Shown here in pieces: positions 1 to 8,720 of a DNA stretch of 64,000 nt; positions within the stretch are counted from its first letter, which is position 1, and every line of letters begins with the position of its first letter. The translations under genes were made by a program, and so were the position numbers. The notes under the pieces are model-generated. The model had not been told where the DNA came from, ran no database searches, and saw only the letters and a program-made list of their open reading frames with translations. Source of the DNA: Gemmatimonadales bacterium (GTDB lineage: Bacteria; Gemmatimonadota; Gemmatimonadetes; Gemmatimonadales; GWC2-71-9); contig JBBCJC010000005.1 in assembly GCA_037189525.1 (NCBI GenBank), forward strand, positions 864,001 through 928,000. Reading direction: 5' to 3'.

Positions 1-1760
1 CCCAGCACGGGAAGGACGAGCGCGACCTTGAGACTGGTCGGCGTGTCCATGAACACCGCTTCGGCGCCCTTCGAAAAAATCGCGGCCAGCACCACCACGA
101 ACAGCACCTGAGTCAGCGCGATCAGCCCACCCAGCCGGCGTCCCCGCGCAATCAGATCCGGCACCGGCAGGCGTCCCGGACTGCCGCGATTGAAGAAGCG
201 GACCAGCGCGATAATCAGAATCAGGACGAAGACGATGAGACCGACGATCAGGATATTCCGGTGGAAGGCCACGCCCCCGAGCCCCTCGTAGCGCTCCATC
301 GCCATCATCGGTCCGGCGCCCATGAAGCCGTGGGTGATGACCCCGCGGTCGTTCTCCCGGAAGGCGAACAATCCTCCCGAAACGACATCGCGGAAGAGCA
401 GCGAATCGATCGGAACCAGCCGCGCCCCCAAGCTCGGCAGATAGAGCGAGCCGTCCTCCTCGGCCTGAATCACCGTCGCGCCGGCCAGGTCGAAGACCGC
501 CATATAGGTCGAGTAGTTCCGGCGGTTCATCAGGTACTCGCCTGCGTAGCGCTTGGCCCCCGCCTTGGCGCCCTCACTGGGAACGGGATACGTCGTGGCC
601 TGGGGATAAAAGCGATCGAGGATCGTCTGCAAAAACGGCGAGAAGCTGACCGCACCGCCGGTGTTGGTGTTGGTCGACATGAAGATGCCGACGTTGTCCT
701 CGAGGATCAGCGCCAGGTCCGAATGGAACCACTGCGTGTCGCCGCCGTGCCCGATGATCCGCACGCCGTGACTGGTCTTTTCGTAGAAGCCATGCGCAAA
801 GCCGGGAATCCGCGGATCGTGCCCCTGCAGTCGGCTGTACATCAGATCTGCCGTCGCCGGCGAAAAGATCGTGGCCGACCCCGAGGTGCCTTTACCCAGA
901 TACGCGATCATCAGCTTGGCCATGTCGTCGGCCGAAGCGGAGATGGATCCGGCCGGCGCGGCGCCCGTGACGATCTCGAACGGACGCGGCTCGTAGCGAT
1001 GCGCCTTCCACTCGTAGCCCTCCGACATGAACGGCACCAGGCGAGCCGGGAGCGGCTGTCTCCCGGTGCTGTAGGTCATGCCGAGTGGCGTGAAGATGTG
1101 TTGCTCGATGTACTCGTCCCAGCTCAAACCGGAGACGCGCTCGACGATATACCCTGCGAGCGCCGTGGCCCAGTTGGAATAGGCGGAGAAGGTACCCGGC
1201 GCCCGGACGCGGGCGGGCATGTGACTCGCGAGCCACTCGCCCATCGGACGGATCGCGGCGGAGTCGGTCGTGAAGAGACCGCGTGGATCCTCTTCCAGTC
1301 CCGGCGTGTGCGACAGGATATGCTTGAGCGTGATCGGCTCGGCGAAAGTCTCGGGAATCCGGAAGTCGATGTACTCGTTGACATCCTTGTCGAGATCGAG
1401 CTTACCCTGCTCGACCAGCTGCATCACCGCGGTCCAGGTCAGCAGCTTGGAGACCGAGCCGATCCGGAACATCGTGGTGGCGGGATCGACCGGTTCGCGC
1501 TTGGCGACATTGGCGAAACCGTAGCCCTTCGAGAAGAAGAGCGCGCCGTCCTTGACGACCGAGACGGTGACGCCCGCGATATTCTTCTCGCGCATGTAGA
1601 CCCGAACCACGCCGTCCAGGTACGCCTCCAACTCGGCGACGTTCTGGATGCCCCGCGTCGGAGCCGGCGCCGCGGCGGGAACCGACTGGGCCTGCGCGAG
1701 CGACGACATGCCCGTTGCCATAGCCAAAACTGCCAACACCACTCCTGCGAGAGCCGGCAC
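1..1760 (-). CDS. Serine hydrolase, beta-lactamase/PBP family, with C-terminal TM helices (runs off the window edge)
   Basis: Hand-translated minus frame, absent from the ORF track because it has no stop in the window. GTG at 1760 after GGAGGG; signal peptide; FRIGSVSK (SxxK), YSN and HGG motifs. Confidence 0.85.
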   Translation of the reverse strand, partial: MPALAGVVLAVLAMATGMSSLAQAQSVPAAAPAPTRGIQNVAELEAYLDGVVRVYMREKNIAGVTVSVVKDGALFFSKGYGFANVAKREPVDPATTMFRIGSVSKLLTWTAVMQLVEQGKLDLDKDVNEYIDFRIPETFAEPITLKHILSHTPGLEEDPRGLFTTDSAAIRPMGEWLASHMPARVRAPGTFSAYSNWATALAGYIVERVSGLSWDEYIEQHIFTPLGMTYSTGRQPLPARLVPFMSEGYEWKAHRYEPRPFEIVTGAAPAGSISASADDMAKLMIAYLGKGTSGSATIFSPATADLMYSRLQGHDPRIPGFAHGFYEKTSHGVRIIGHGGDTQWFHSDLALILEDNVGIFMSTNTNTGGAVSFSPFLQTILDRFYPQATTYPVPSEGAKAGAKRYAGEYLMNRRNYSTYMAVFDLAGATVIQAEEDGSLYLPSLGARLVPIDSLLFRDVVSGGLFAFRENDRGVITHGFMGAGPMMAMERYEGLGGVAFHRNILIVGLIVFVLILIIALVRFFNRGSPGRLPVPDLIARGRRLGGLIALTQVLFVVVLAAIFSKGAEAVFMDTPTSLKVALVLPVL

Positions 1761-1794
1761 GAAGGGTCCCTCCCGGGGGAAACGGTTCGCTGCT

Positions 1795-1820
1795 TTGTAT
1801 ACAATTATTGGAATGCATAC
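1795..1820. promoter_or_regulatory. Candidate GntR-family operator
   Basis: Palindrome TTGTATACAA (1795-1804) followed by GAATGCATAC in an AT-rich divergent intergenic region. Confidence 0.4.
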
Positions 1821-1943
1821 GTTGCAGCCGGAACCGGAGTTTCGCAAGGCTCACGGGCGCCGGCTGGCCGGGTGAGCAGGTAGCGTGGTACTTTGGGGCT
1901 CGTCACCTTCCTCACTCTTCCCAAGACGCCGGAGCAACAGACG

Positions 1944-2981
1944 GTGCGCATTGCCGTGGTCTTCGACACCCCCTACGCCGGGTGGACGGCCGAACGACAT
2001 CGCAAGCAGATGCAGGACGAACTGGACGGCACGGTCGACGTGCCGGACGTCGAGGTCGAGTATCAGGTCACCGCGGCGCTGGAGGCCAACGGTCACGAGA
2101 CGCTGATGGTCGGGGTATACGACGACCTCCGGGTCGTGCTCGACGCCTGCCTCGAATGGAAGCCCGACCTCGTCTTCAATTGCACCGAGGCGTTCCGAGA
2201 CCCGCGCAACGACTACGTCTTTCCCGCGCTGCTCGACTCGATCGGGATTCGCTACACCGGTTCGCCCGCGCAGGGACTCCTGGTGTCGCGCGACAAAGCA
2301 ATGAGTAAGAAGGTGCTCGCCTACCACGGCATCAAAGTCCCGGGGTTCACAACCTACCGCCTGGGTGAAGCCGTGACCGAGGCCCCTGCGCTCCCGTTTC
2401 CGCTGATCGTCAAGCCGCTCGCATCGGACGCCTCGGTGGGCATCTCACAGGCATCGGTGGTGAGCGACGTCGCCAGCCTGGCCGAGCGGGTGGCATTCGT
2501 CCATCAGCGATTTCAACAGGCGGCCATCACCGAAGAGTTCGTAGCCGGCCGCGAACTCTACGCCGGCGTGCTCGGCAACGGCCCCGAACTGCAGGTCCTG
2601 CCGCTCACGGAACTGGTGTTCGACAAGGAGATGAACGCCCCCGAGGAGCGGATCGCGACGTCGTCGACCAAGTGGGATGAACCGTACCGGCTGCGCCGCC
2701 GGATCCGCTATCAGTTTGCCCGGCCGGTATCGGCAGCTGCGCGGGAGCAGATCGAGTGGATCTGTCGCACCGCCTGCCGCGCATTGTGGCTCTGCGACTA
2801 TGCCCGGATCGACGTTCGCCTCACCGACGACGATGAAGTCTGGGTGCTCGAAGCCAACGCGAACCCGTATATCTCCGAAGGACACGAGTTCGCGAACTCC
2901 GCCGAAAAGATCGGCCTCGACTACTACCAGCTGATCCAGCGCCTGGTCACCAACGCGATGGCGCGATATTCCGATGCCTAG
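1944..2981 (+). CDS. D-alanine-D-alanine ligase-like ATP-grasp protein
   Basis: Motifs PDLVFNCTE, YTGS, DKAMSK, PLIVKP..DASVGI, EEFVAGRE, YARIDVR, EANANP. GTG at 1944 follows GGAG (ORF track starts at 1893). Confidence 0.85.
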   Translation: MRIAVVFDTPYAGWTAERHRKQMQDELDGTVDVPDVEVEYQVTAALEANGHETLMVGVYDDLRVVLDACLEWKPDLVFNCTEAFRDPRNDYVFPALLDSIGIRYTGSPAQGLLVSRDKAMSKKVLAYHGIKVPGFTTYRLGEAVTEAPALPFPLIVKPLASDASVGISQASVVSDVASLAERVAFVHQRFQQAAITEEFVAGRELYAGVLGNGPELQVLPLTELVFDKEMNAPEERIATSSTKWDEPYRLRRRIRYQFARPVSAAAREQIEWICRTACRALWLCDYARIDVRLTDDDEVWVLEANANPYISEGHEFANSAEKIGLDYYQLIQRLVTNAMARYSDA

Positions 2982-3957
2982 GAACCCGCCGGACGATCCG
3001 CGCTGCCGATGCGGCTATCCGCTCAAGCGGTACTGGTGGTACTGCCCCGATTGCGGCCGGTCGCAACGCTGGCCGGAGATGAGCGAGATCACCGGCAAGC
3101 GTTGCCCCGAGTGCACCTGGGCGGTGTCGCCCAAGTTCTCCTATTGCCCTTGGTGCGCAACCGAGATCACCGAAGCCCGCTCGTCGCCGGAGCCGCTCAA
3201 AGCGCCGGCCGGTTTTCGGATGGATGCCCGCTGCGACGGCGGGTGTGGCGGCGGCGTCCAGTATCCGATGGCCTACTGCCCCTGGTGCGCCGCCGAGCAG
3301 GAGTGGAACGAGGACAACAAGTTCGAGGGCGACTGCGCTCATTGCGCGCGGGGCGTCGACGACTGGATGGATCACTGCCCCTGGTGCGGCGAAGATGCCA
3401 CGGGGCGGGATCTGATTCCGCGGGCGCTCCTCAGAGTCCGGCGGTTGCTCAAGGTGTCCCGGGTTCCCAATTGGGGCTATCGGGTGCTGCTCCGACCGGG
3501 CGTGTCCGGCGTCGACCCCGGGTACCCGAAGATCGTCGAAATCGAACAGAAGTACGTCTCGGGCCGGCGGCGCGATGAAATCCCGTGGACCATGCTGGTG
3601 GGGCTGATCAGCCACGAACTGGGACACAGCTTTCTCTACCACCATTGGCACTGGACGCAGTCGCCGGCATTTCGGCGTGTCTTCGGCGAAGCCAAAAAAG
3701 CCTACCGGGTCAACGACGATGCCTGGGTCGATTTCCAGCGCCGCCGAGTCGCCATCAATCCGGTCGATCATGTGAGCGGCTATGCGGCCCGGCATCCGCA
3801 GGAGGATTTTGCGGAGACCTTCCGGTACTATGTGACCCGCGGCGGACGGCTCCGGGAGTTGTTTGCCGAACTGGGCCAGAAGCGCAAAGGCGTCCCGGTC
3901 TATGAAAAGTTCCTGGTCCTCCAATCGCTGATCCGGTCGCTCAACTCCTGGCGGTGA
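2974..3957 (+). CDS. Putative zinc-binding metallopeptidase with four N-terminal zinc-ribbon repeats
   Basis: Repeated C..C...CP(W/D)C motifs; HELGH zincin motif; SGYAARHPQEDFAETF. Overlaps the upstream ligase gene. Confidence 0.8.
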   Translation: MPRNPPDDPRCRCGYPLKRYWWYCPDCGRSQRWPEMSEITGKRCPECTWAVSPKFSYCPWCATEITEARSSPEPLKAPAGFRMDARCDGGCGGGVQYPMAYCPWCAAEQEWNEDNKFEGDCAHCARGVDDWMDHCPWCGEDATGRDLIPRALLRVRRLLKVSRVPNWGYRVLLRPGVSGVDPGYPKIVEIEQKYVSGRRRDEIPWTMLVGLISHELGHSFLYHHWHWTQSPAFRRVFGEAKKAYRVNDDAWVDFQRRRVAINPVDHVSGYAARHPQEDFAETFRYYVTRGGRLRELFAELGQKRKGVPVYEKFLVLQSLIRSLNSWR

Positions 3958-4055
3958 ATCGGGCCACTGTCACCGGCCCCTTTCTCGCCAGCAGCAACCC
4001 CGTTACCATCCGAGCGGGTTGCTGGAGTCCAACGACGTACGCCGGGGAGGCGCCC

Positions 4056-4229
4056 GTGGGCAAGAAGGAAGATGCGATGATCGCGAAGCTGGTCAAAAAA
4101 GCCAACGCGAAGGTCGCTCCACCGAAGGACCGTTCGTCGCAGTACGACGATACGCTGCGAGTTCGGCAAAGCGAAGAAAATTCCGAGACCAAACAACTGT
4201 TCAAAGAAATGCGGCGCCGCGAGTTCTGA
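4056..4229 (+). CDS. Small Lys/Arg-rich hypothetical protein (57 aa)
   Basis: GGGGAGG RBS before GTG at 4056; terminator overlaps the stop codon. Confidence 0.6.
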   Translation: MGKKEDAMIAKLVKKANAKVAPPKDRSSQYDDTLRVRQSEENSETKQLFKEMRRREF

Positions 4230-4242
4230 CGGCGCCGCTTTT
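4211..4242 (+). terminator. Rho-independent terminator, possibly bidirectional
   Basis: GCGGCGCCG-N10-CGGCGCCGC followed by TTTT; A-rich run upstream. Confidence 0.65.
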
Positions 4243-4255
4243 CGTTTGGTCCGGT

Positions 4256-4651
4256 TCAGGGCGCCGTGTTGCGTTGCAGGTGCAGCCAGGCCTTTGCCTC
4301 GCGATAGGCGTCCTTCCCGAACCGGCTATCCGAGAAGTATTTGCTCCGTCCGCGGTACCGCGCCTGCCATCCGCACGTCGTAGCAGAGTCGAGTCGCACG
4401 ACACACCCGCCCGCCGCCTTGCTCGTCGGCCCCTGAAACGGCGCCGCCACCCGATCGACATGCGAATAAGTCATCCCGCGTAACGCATCGCGCAGGGTTT
4501 TATAGGAAACACGATTGGCCCGAGCCATGCGTGCAATGGGATAATACCCCATCTGATGCGCTGCACGTCGGATCTCGACCACAAAGTCTTCGGAAAGGCG
4601 AGCGGAGCCGTGACGGCTGCCGCGCTTCGGTGGTACGGTTATCGTAGGCAT
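4256..4651 (-). CDS. Small DNA-binding protein, HTH plus AP2-like domain
   Basis: GSRHGSARLSEDFVVEIRR followed by an HTH-like segment; C-terminal GWQARYRGRSKYFSDSRFGKDAYREAKAW resembles an AP2 domain. Confidence 0.6.
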   Translation of the reverse strand: MPTITVPPKRGSRHGSARLSEDFVVEIRRAAHQMGYYPIARMARANRVSYKTLRDALRGMTYSHVDRVAAPFQGPTSKAAGGCVVRLDSATTCGWQARYRGRSKYFSDSRFGKDAYREAKAWLHLQRNTAP

Positions 4652-4984
4652 CAAGGCAAATCAGGTTCGAGGTTCGGCCTGACAGTGACGTGCGACTCCG
4701 GTATCTCGATAGGACGATCGAACAACCAATCGCCAACACGCGCGACTCGAGCACACGGCAGAACGGACGCCGATGTCGCACGAGGCTGCTGCACTTCGAA
4801 TCGGAATGACGAATGGATCGGCACGACAGAGGTCCGGTCTCGGCAAAACACCGGCGAAAAAGCAATTGTATACGAACGACGAGACGATACTAAGGGCGTC
4901 GTGCGTCGTTGTCCATCGCTCGTTGCAACGAAGTGGTGTCCAAGTGCACGACGGATCGATCATTCGTGACGATTCGAGACGCCG

Positions 4985-5875
4985 TCAACGCAATGCACTC
5001 AATCCCGGTGGAGGAACGATGGCCGAAGCGCCGAACGATTCCGTCGCCAGGAAATACCCCAGCGGCACCCGACTCGGCGTGGTCAGATTCACGACATTGC
5101 CTCGCACCGAAACCGGCGGCGCTGCGAAAGGATTCCCGCCACCCGTCATTTGTTCCAGCAGGACGAAGTAGTAGCGATACGCTTCTTCCGATAACGCGAC
5201 CTGCCGGATCTGCACCGTTTGCCCGGGCAAGAGCACTTCGTCGTCGAATGGCGTGTACCCCGCCACACGACCGCCATCGTAGAATCGGTCGTCACTCAGG
5301 ATCCGGAACCGCGTGCCTGGATCGATCTGCGCTCGGCGGCGGCCATCGACACTCAGTTCCCAGAAGTAATAGTTGCTGATGCCGGCGGGATCGGTGTAAT
5401 CGATGACGGCTCGATAGCCGGCGTCACTCCCGATCGAGGCTTCCTGATGGACGAAGTAGAGTCCCTCGATCGGAGCGACCGGCAGGAGGGTCGACATCGC
5501 GCGATAGCGATCACCCTGATAGTCGATCTGCAGGGTGTATCGACGACCGACAACCGGCAGGAAATCCGGGTGGACGTACTCTCCGGTGCCACGCTGGCGT
5601 TCCTCGAACAGATAGCTCTCACCGGCAAGGCCGAAGACCCTAACGACGGCTCCCGTTGCTGCGGGGGTGAGTCCAGTCCCGGTGACCGCACCGGTCGTCG
5701 TCAGCGAGATCCGCTGTTCGCGCGGGTTGCCCCAGTTCCGGCGTTCGATCCGCGCATCGACCACCAGACGGCGAGGTCCTTCCGGCAAATCCAGTTCGAC
5801 CACCCGGGTGCATCCCGTACTCAGCACCACGGCGCCGAGCGCCAGCCATCGGATCGGTCGAGAGAATACGCGCAT
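4985..5875 (-). CDS. DUF4249-like lipoprotein partnered with the TonB-dependent receptor
   Basis: Lipobox STGC; DPAGISNYY and RGNVVN..LGYF motifs; starts 2 nt after the receptor stop. Confidence 0.75.
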   Translation of the reverse strand: MRVFSRPIRWLALGAVVLSTGCTRVVELDLPEGPRRLVVDARIERRNWGNPREQRISLTTTGAVTGTGLTPAATGAVVRVFGLAGESYLFEERQRGTGEYVHPDFLPVVGRRYTLQIDYQGDRYRAMSTLLPVAPIEGLYFVHQEASIGSDAGYRAVIDYTDPAGISNYYFWELSVDGRRRAQIDPGTRFRILSDDRFYDGGRVAGYTPFDDEVLLPGQTVQIRQVALSEEAYRYYFVLLEQMTGGGNPFAAPPVSVRGNVVNLTTPSRVPLGYFLATESFGASAIVPPPGLSALR

Positions 5876-5877
5876 CG

Positions 5878-8319
5878 TCAGAACCGAAACGAGAACGACG
5901 CGCTGGGAACGACGCCGAAGATGGAGGTCTGCACGGCCTCGAGCTGAGTCGGATTCCCTTCGACCTGCTGAAACGCGATCGACTGGGCGTTGAAGCGGTT
6001 GTACACGTTGAAGAGCCCGAGTTGCAGTTGTTTGCGTCCCCAGCTCCGGGTGAAAGTCAGATCCAGGCGATGATACGCCGGAAGCCGGGCGGAGTTCCGG
6101 TCGCCATACTGGAGGAGCCAGAGGCCATCGAAGACACCGCGCGAGACCGGGTAGGTCACCGGAAGCCCGCTGCGCAGCACGAAGGTCCCGCCCACCGACC
6201 AGCGACCGCCGAGCGGGTGGAGCGCCACGACGGCCAGATCGTGGGTCTTGTCGAACGGCGCGGGATAGTAGCGCCCCTGGTTGATCCCGGGATCGCCGGC
6301 ATCGATCCCAGTCAACTGGCGCTCCGACCGGCTCAAGGTATAACTGACCCATCCCGTCAGCCGGCCAGTCCGCTTCCGCGTGTGGACTTCGAGGCCGTAG
6401 GCGCGTCCCCTGCCCTGCAGCATTTCCGTTTCGAGACGCTCATTGAGCGCGAGATCCGCGCCGTCGACGAAATCCGTGACGTTGGTGAGGCGCTTGAGAT
6501 ACCCTTCGACCGACACCTCGTACCGGTCCCCGCCCATCGTTGCCGCGTAGCCGAGCGCCACCTGGTCTGCTTGCTGCGGATCGAGATAGCGCCCGACCGG
6601 CTCCCAGACATCCACCGGCGTCGGCGCCGTGCTGTTGGAGACGAGGTGGAGATACTGCCGGGTCCGGGTATAACTCGCCTTGAGGCTGGCTGTCTTGCCC
6701 ACGCCGACCCGGAGCGAGACCCGAGGCTCGAGGCCCGCAAAACCGCCGAGCCGCTCTCCTGCCCCATACCGGACGCTGTCGACCAGTTCCCCGCGCTGAT
6801 AGCGCTCGAGCACCGGATCGTAGACGACGGGGGCATCATCGGCATACTGATACACGGTTGCAGGCCCGGTACGATGAAAACCCGCGTACCGAATCCCGTA
6901 CCGCACCGACACCGACGAACCAAGGTCGATCTCGTGACTGAGATGCACAGCGCGGCTCGTGCCTCGACGTTCTTCGACCCGAAACGGCGTCACGGGCGAC
7001 GCGCCGATCGGATCGACGCTGCCCGGCTCGATCCGATGCCAGACGATCTCGGCGCCCGCCTCGACCGTATTGCCGTTGCCGACGTAGAAGGTCTGGTCGA
7101 CCTCGAGGCTGGTGCCGCCGATGCGCGAGGCCCAATGCAGATCGCGCCCGGTACCGAGAAAATCGAGGGCGTAGTCGTACTCGCTGCTGGCCAGTACCAC
7201 CTTCGAAAAGAGGCGATTGCCCACCGCATGATTCCAGACGGCGCTCCCGGCCGTGTTGCCCCAACTCGCCTGGAACCGGTCAATCAGGCCGAGACGGTCA
7301 CGCCCCCGATAGCCGGACAGCATGAGCGAACCGTTGGCGCCCAGCCGCAAGGTCGTCTTGCCGTTGAGATCGTAGAAGTAGGCCGTGTTGCGGTTGAGTT
7401 CCGGATCGCTCGAGAGGCGGAGAAACAGATCGGCGTAGGTGCGTCGCCCAGCTATGAGAAACGAGCCGAGTTCGTTGGGGAGGGGGCCTTCCACGGCGAG
7501 CCGGCTGGCCAGCACACCAACCGAGCCCGTTCCCTCGACCCGGTTGAGACTACCTTCCCGCTGCCTAACATCGAGCACGGAGGACAGGCGTCCCCCGAAC
7601 CGGGCCGGAATGGCGCCCTTGTAGAGCTTGACGTCATCGACCGCATCGCCGTTGAAGACGGAGAAAAAGCCGAAAACGTGTGACGGGTTGTAGATGGTGG
7701 CTTCGTCGAGACGAATCAGGTTCTGGTCGACGGTCCCGCCGCGGACGCTGAACCCGGTGGTGAAATCACTCGCGTTGCTGACGCCGGGCAGCAGGGTGAG
7801 GGACCGGATCGGGTCGACCTCACCAAGCACGGCAGGAATCAGACGCACCGTGCGGATGTCGACCCGCGCGGTGCTCATCTCGACGGTACCGGGATCGATA
7901 TCGGAACTGTCGCGCGCCGCCTGGACCGCGACCTCTTCCAATTCGAACGGGAGAGGCGTGAGCAGGAAATCTCGCGAGAGCGAGGTGGTCAGATCGACCG
8001 TGGAGGTGTCCGGATGGTAGCCCACCGCGCGGATTCGAATCGGGGTGACGCCCCGCGGCAGCGACAGCACGAAAAAGCCATCCTGGTTAGTCTCCGCCCG
8101 GATGCCCTCTCGGCCGGCCACCAGTTGCGCACCGCGGATGACCTCGCGACTGGTCGACGACCGCACGTATCCGCTGAGCCTGACTCGGCCCGGAGACTCC
8201 GGCTCCTGCGCGAACAGCGTGCCGCCCCAGAGGAGAACGGGAACGACGAGACGCGACAGCGAAAGACGGAACGTGGCTTGCCAAACGAGCAGGCGACCCT
8301 TGAACGGGGTTCGAATCAC
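5878..8319 (-). CDS. TonB-dependent receptor with N-terminal carboxypeptidase-regulatory-like domain
   Basis: Plug motifs LPGV..SVRGG..DQN and GGRLSSVLD; YHRLDL; C-terminal Phe. Start uncertain: the 8415 start crosses the att-like repeat. Confidence 0.9.
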   Translation of the reverse strand: MIRTPFKGRLLVWQATFRLSLSRLVVPVLLWGGTLFAQEPESPGRVRLSGYVRSSTSREVIRGAQLVAGREGIRAETNQDGFFVLSLPRGVTPIRIRAVGYHPDTSTVDLTTSLSRDFLLTPLPFELEEVAVQAARDSSDIDPGTVEMSTARVDIRTVRLIPAVLGEVDPIRSLTLLPGVSNASDFTTGFSVRGGTVDQNLIRLDEATIYNPSHVFGFFSVFNGDAVDDVKLYKGAIPARFGGRLSSVLDVRQREGSLNRVEGTGSVGVLASRLAVEGPLPNELGSFLIAGRRTYADLFLRLSSDPELNRNTAYFYDLNGKTTLRLGANGSLMLSGYRGRDRLGLIDRFQASWGNTAGSAVWNHAVGNRLFSKVVLASSEYDYALDFLGTGRDLHWASRIGGTSLEVDQTFYVGNGNTVEAGAEIVWHRIEPGSVDPIGASPVTPFRVEERRGTSRAVHLSHEIDLGSSVSVRYGIRYAGFHRTGPATVYQYADDAPVVYDPVLERYQRGELVDSVRYGAGERLGGFAGLEPRVSLRVGVGKTASLKASYTRTRQYLHLVSNSTAPTPVDVWEPVGRYLDPQQADQVALGYAATMGGDRYEVSVEGYLKRLTNVTDFVDGADLALNERLETEMLQGRGRAYGLEVHTRKRTGRLTGWVSYTLSRSERQLTGIDAGDPGINQGRYYPAPFDKTHDLAVVALHPLGGRWSVGGTFVLRSGLPVTYPVSRGVFDGLWLLQYGDRNSARLPAYHRLDLTFTRSWGRKQLQLGLFNVYNRFNAQSIAFQQVEGNPTQLEAVQTSIFGVVPSASFSFRF

Positions 8320-8342
8320 GAGGCACCGATCAGGTCGTCGAA

Positions 8343-8376
8343 TGAGGGCGCTGGGACTCGAACCCAGCACCTGCGG
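8343..8376 (-). repeat. att-like direct repeat of the tRNA-Lys 3' half
   Basis: TGAGGGCGCTGGGACTCGAACCCAG (25 bp) is identical to 9897-9921; 32 of 34 bp match 9897-9930. Confidence 0.9.
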
Positions 8377-8525
8377 GGAAAACGGTCGGGGCCGCCGCCG
8401 ATGAGCGACAGTCACGCACCTTCCCTCGGATGTCCGGCGACACCGCGACCAGTGGCATCCCCTGATCAGACGCTAAACGCCGGGAGCGTCACAGACAAGT
8501 TCAGAGCGCGGCGAGGAGGAATCTC

Positions 8526-8720
8526 GTGCTCGGACGTCATCGCGCCGTTCTCAGACGGGTACATCCGCGTGATCTGCGTGAAGCTCAAATCACGCGAACA
8601 ACGTATGGCGTCATGATACGTATCACAGATGCCGGCTATGACCGGATCAACAAACTTACGATGCGATTCAGGCAACCGTCGCATCTGACCGCATATCGGA
8701 AATCGAAGGAGGAGATGTAG
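8526..8720 (+). CDS. Hypothetical protein (64 aa)
   Basis: Strong RBS GAGGAGGA before GTG; stop overlaps the next start by 1 nt. Confidence 0.45.
   Translation: MLGRHRAVLRRVHPRDLREAQITRTTYGVMIRITDAGYDRINKLTMRFRQPSHLTAYRKSKEEM

Noticed and set aside
261..1883. 540-aa plus-strand ORF
   Set aside because: Antisense shadow of the minus-strand serine hydrolase; no motifs. Such shadows are typical of high-GC DNA.
6022..7683. 553-aa plus-strand ORF; likewise 15112-16515, 29431-31626, 35370-37502, 49294-50826 and 61614-63338
   Set aside because: All lie antisense to well-supported genes and show no recognisable domains.
8305..8320. GGGGTTCGAATC resembling a tRNA T-loop on the plus strand
   Set aside because: No T-stem or acceptor-stem pairing.
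8343..8420. Possible second tRNA gene
   Set aside because: Similarity ends at the 3' side of the anticodon stem; no D arm or 5' acceptor strand. Treated as an att-like fragment.
8377..8720. Integrase remnant inside the islet
   Set aside because: No H-x-x-R or catalytic Tyr motif was convincing in the frames inspected by eye; tblastn would be needed to exclude a degraded one.
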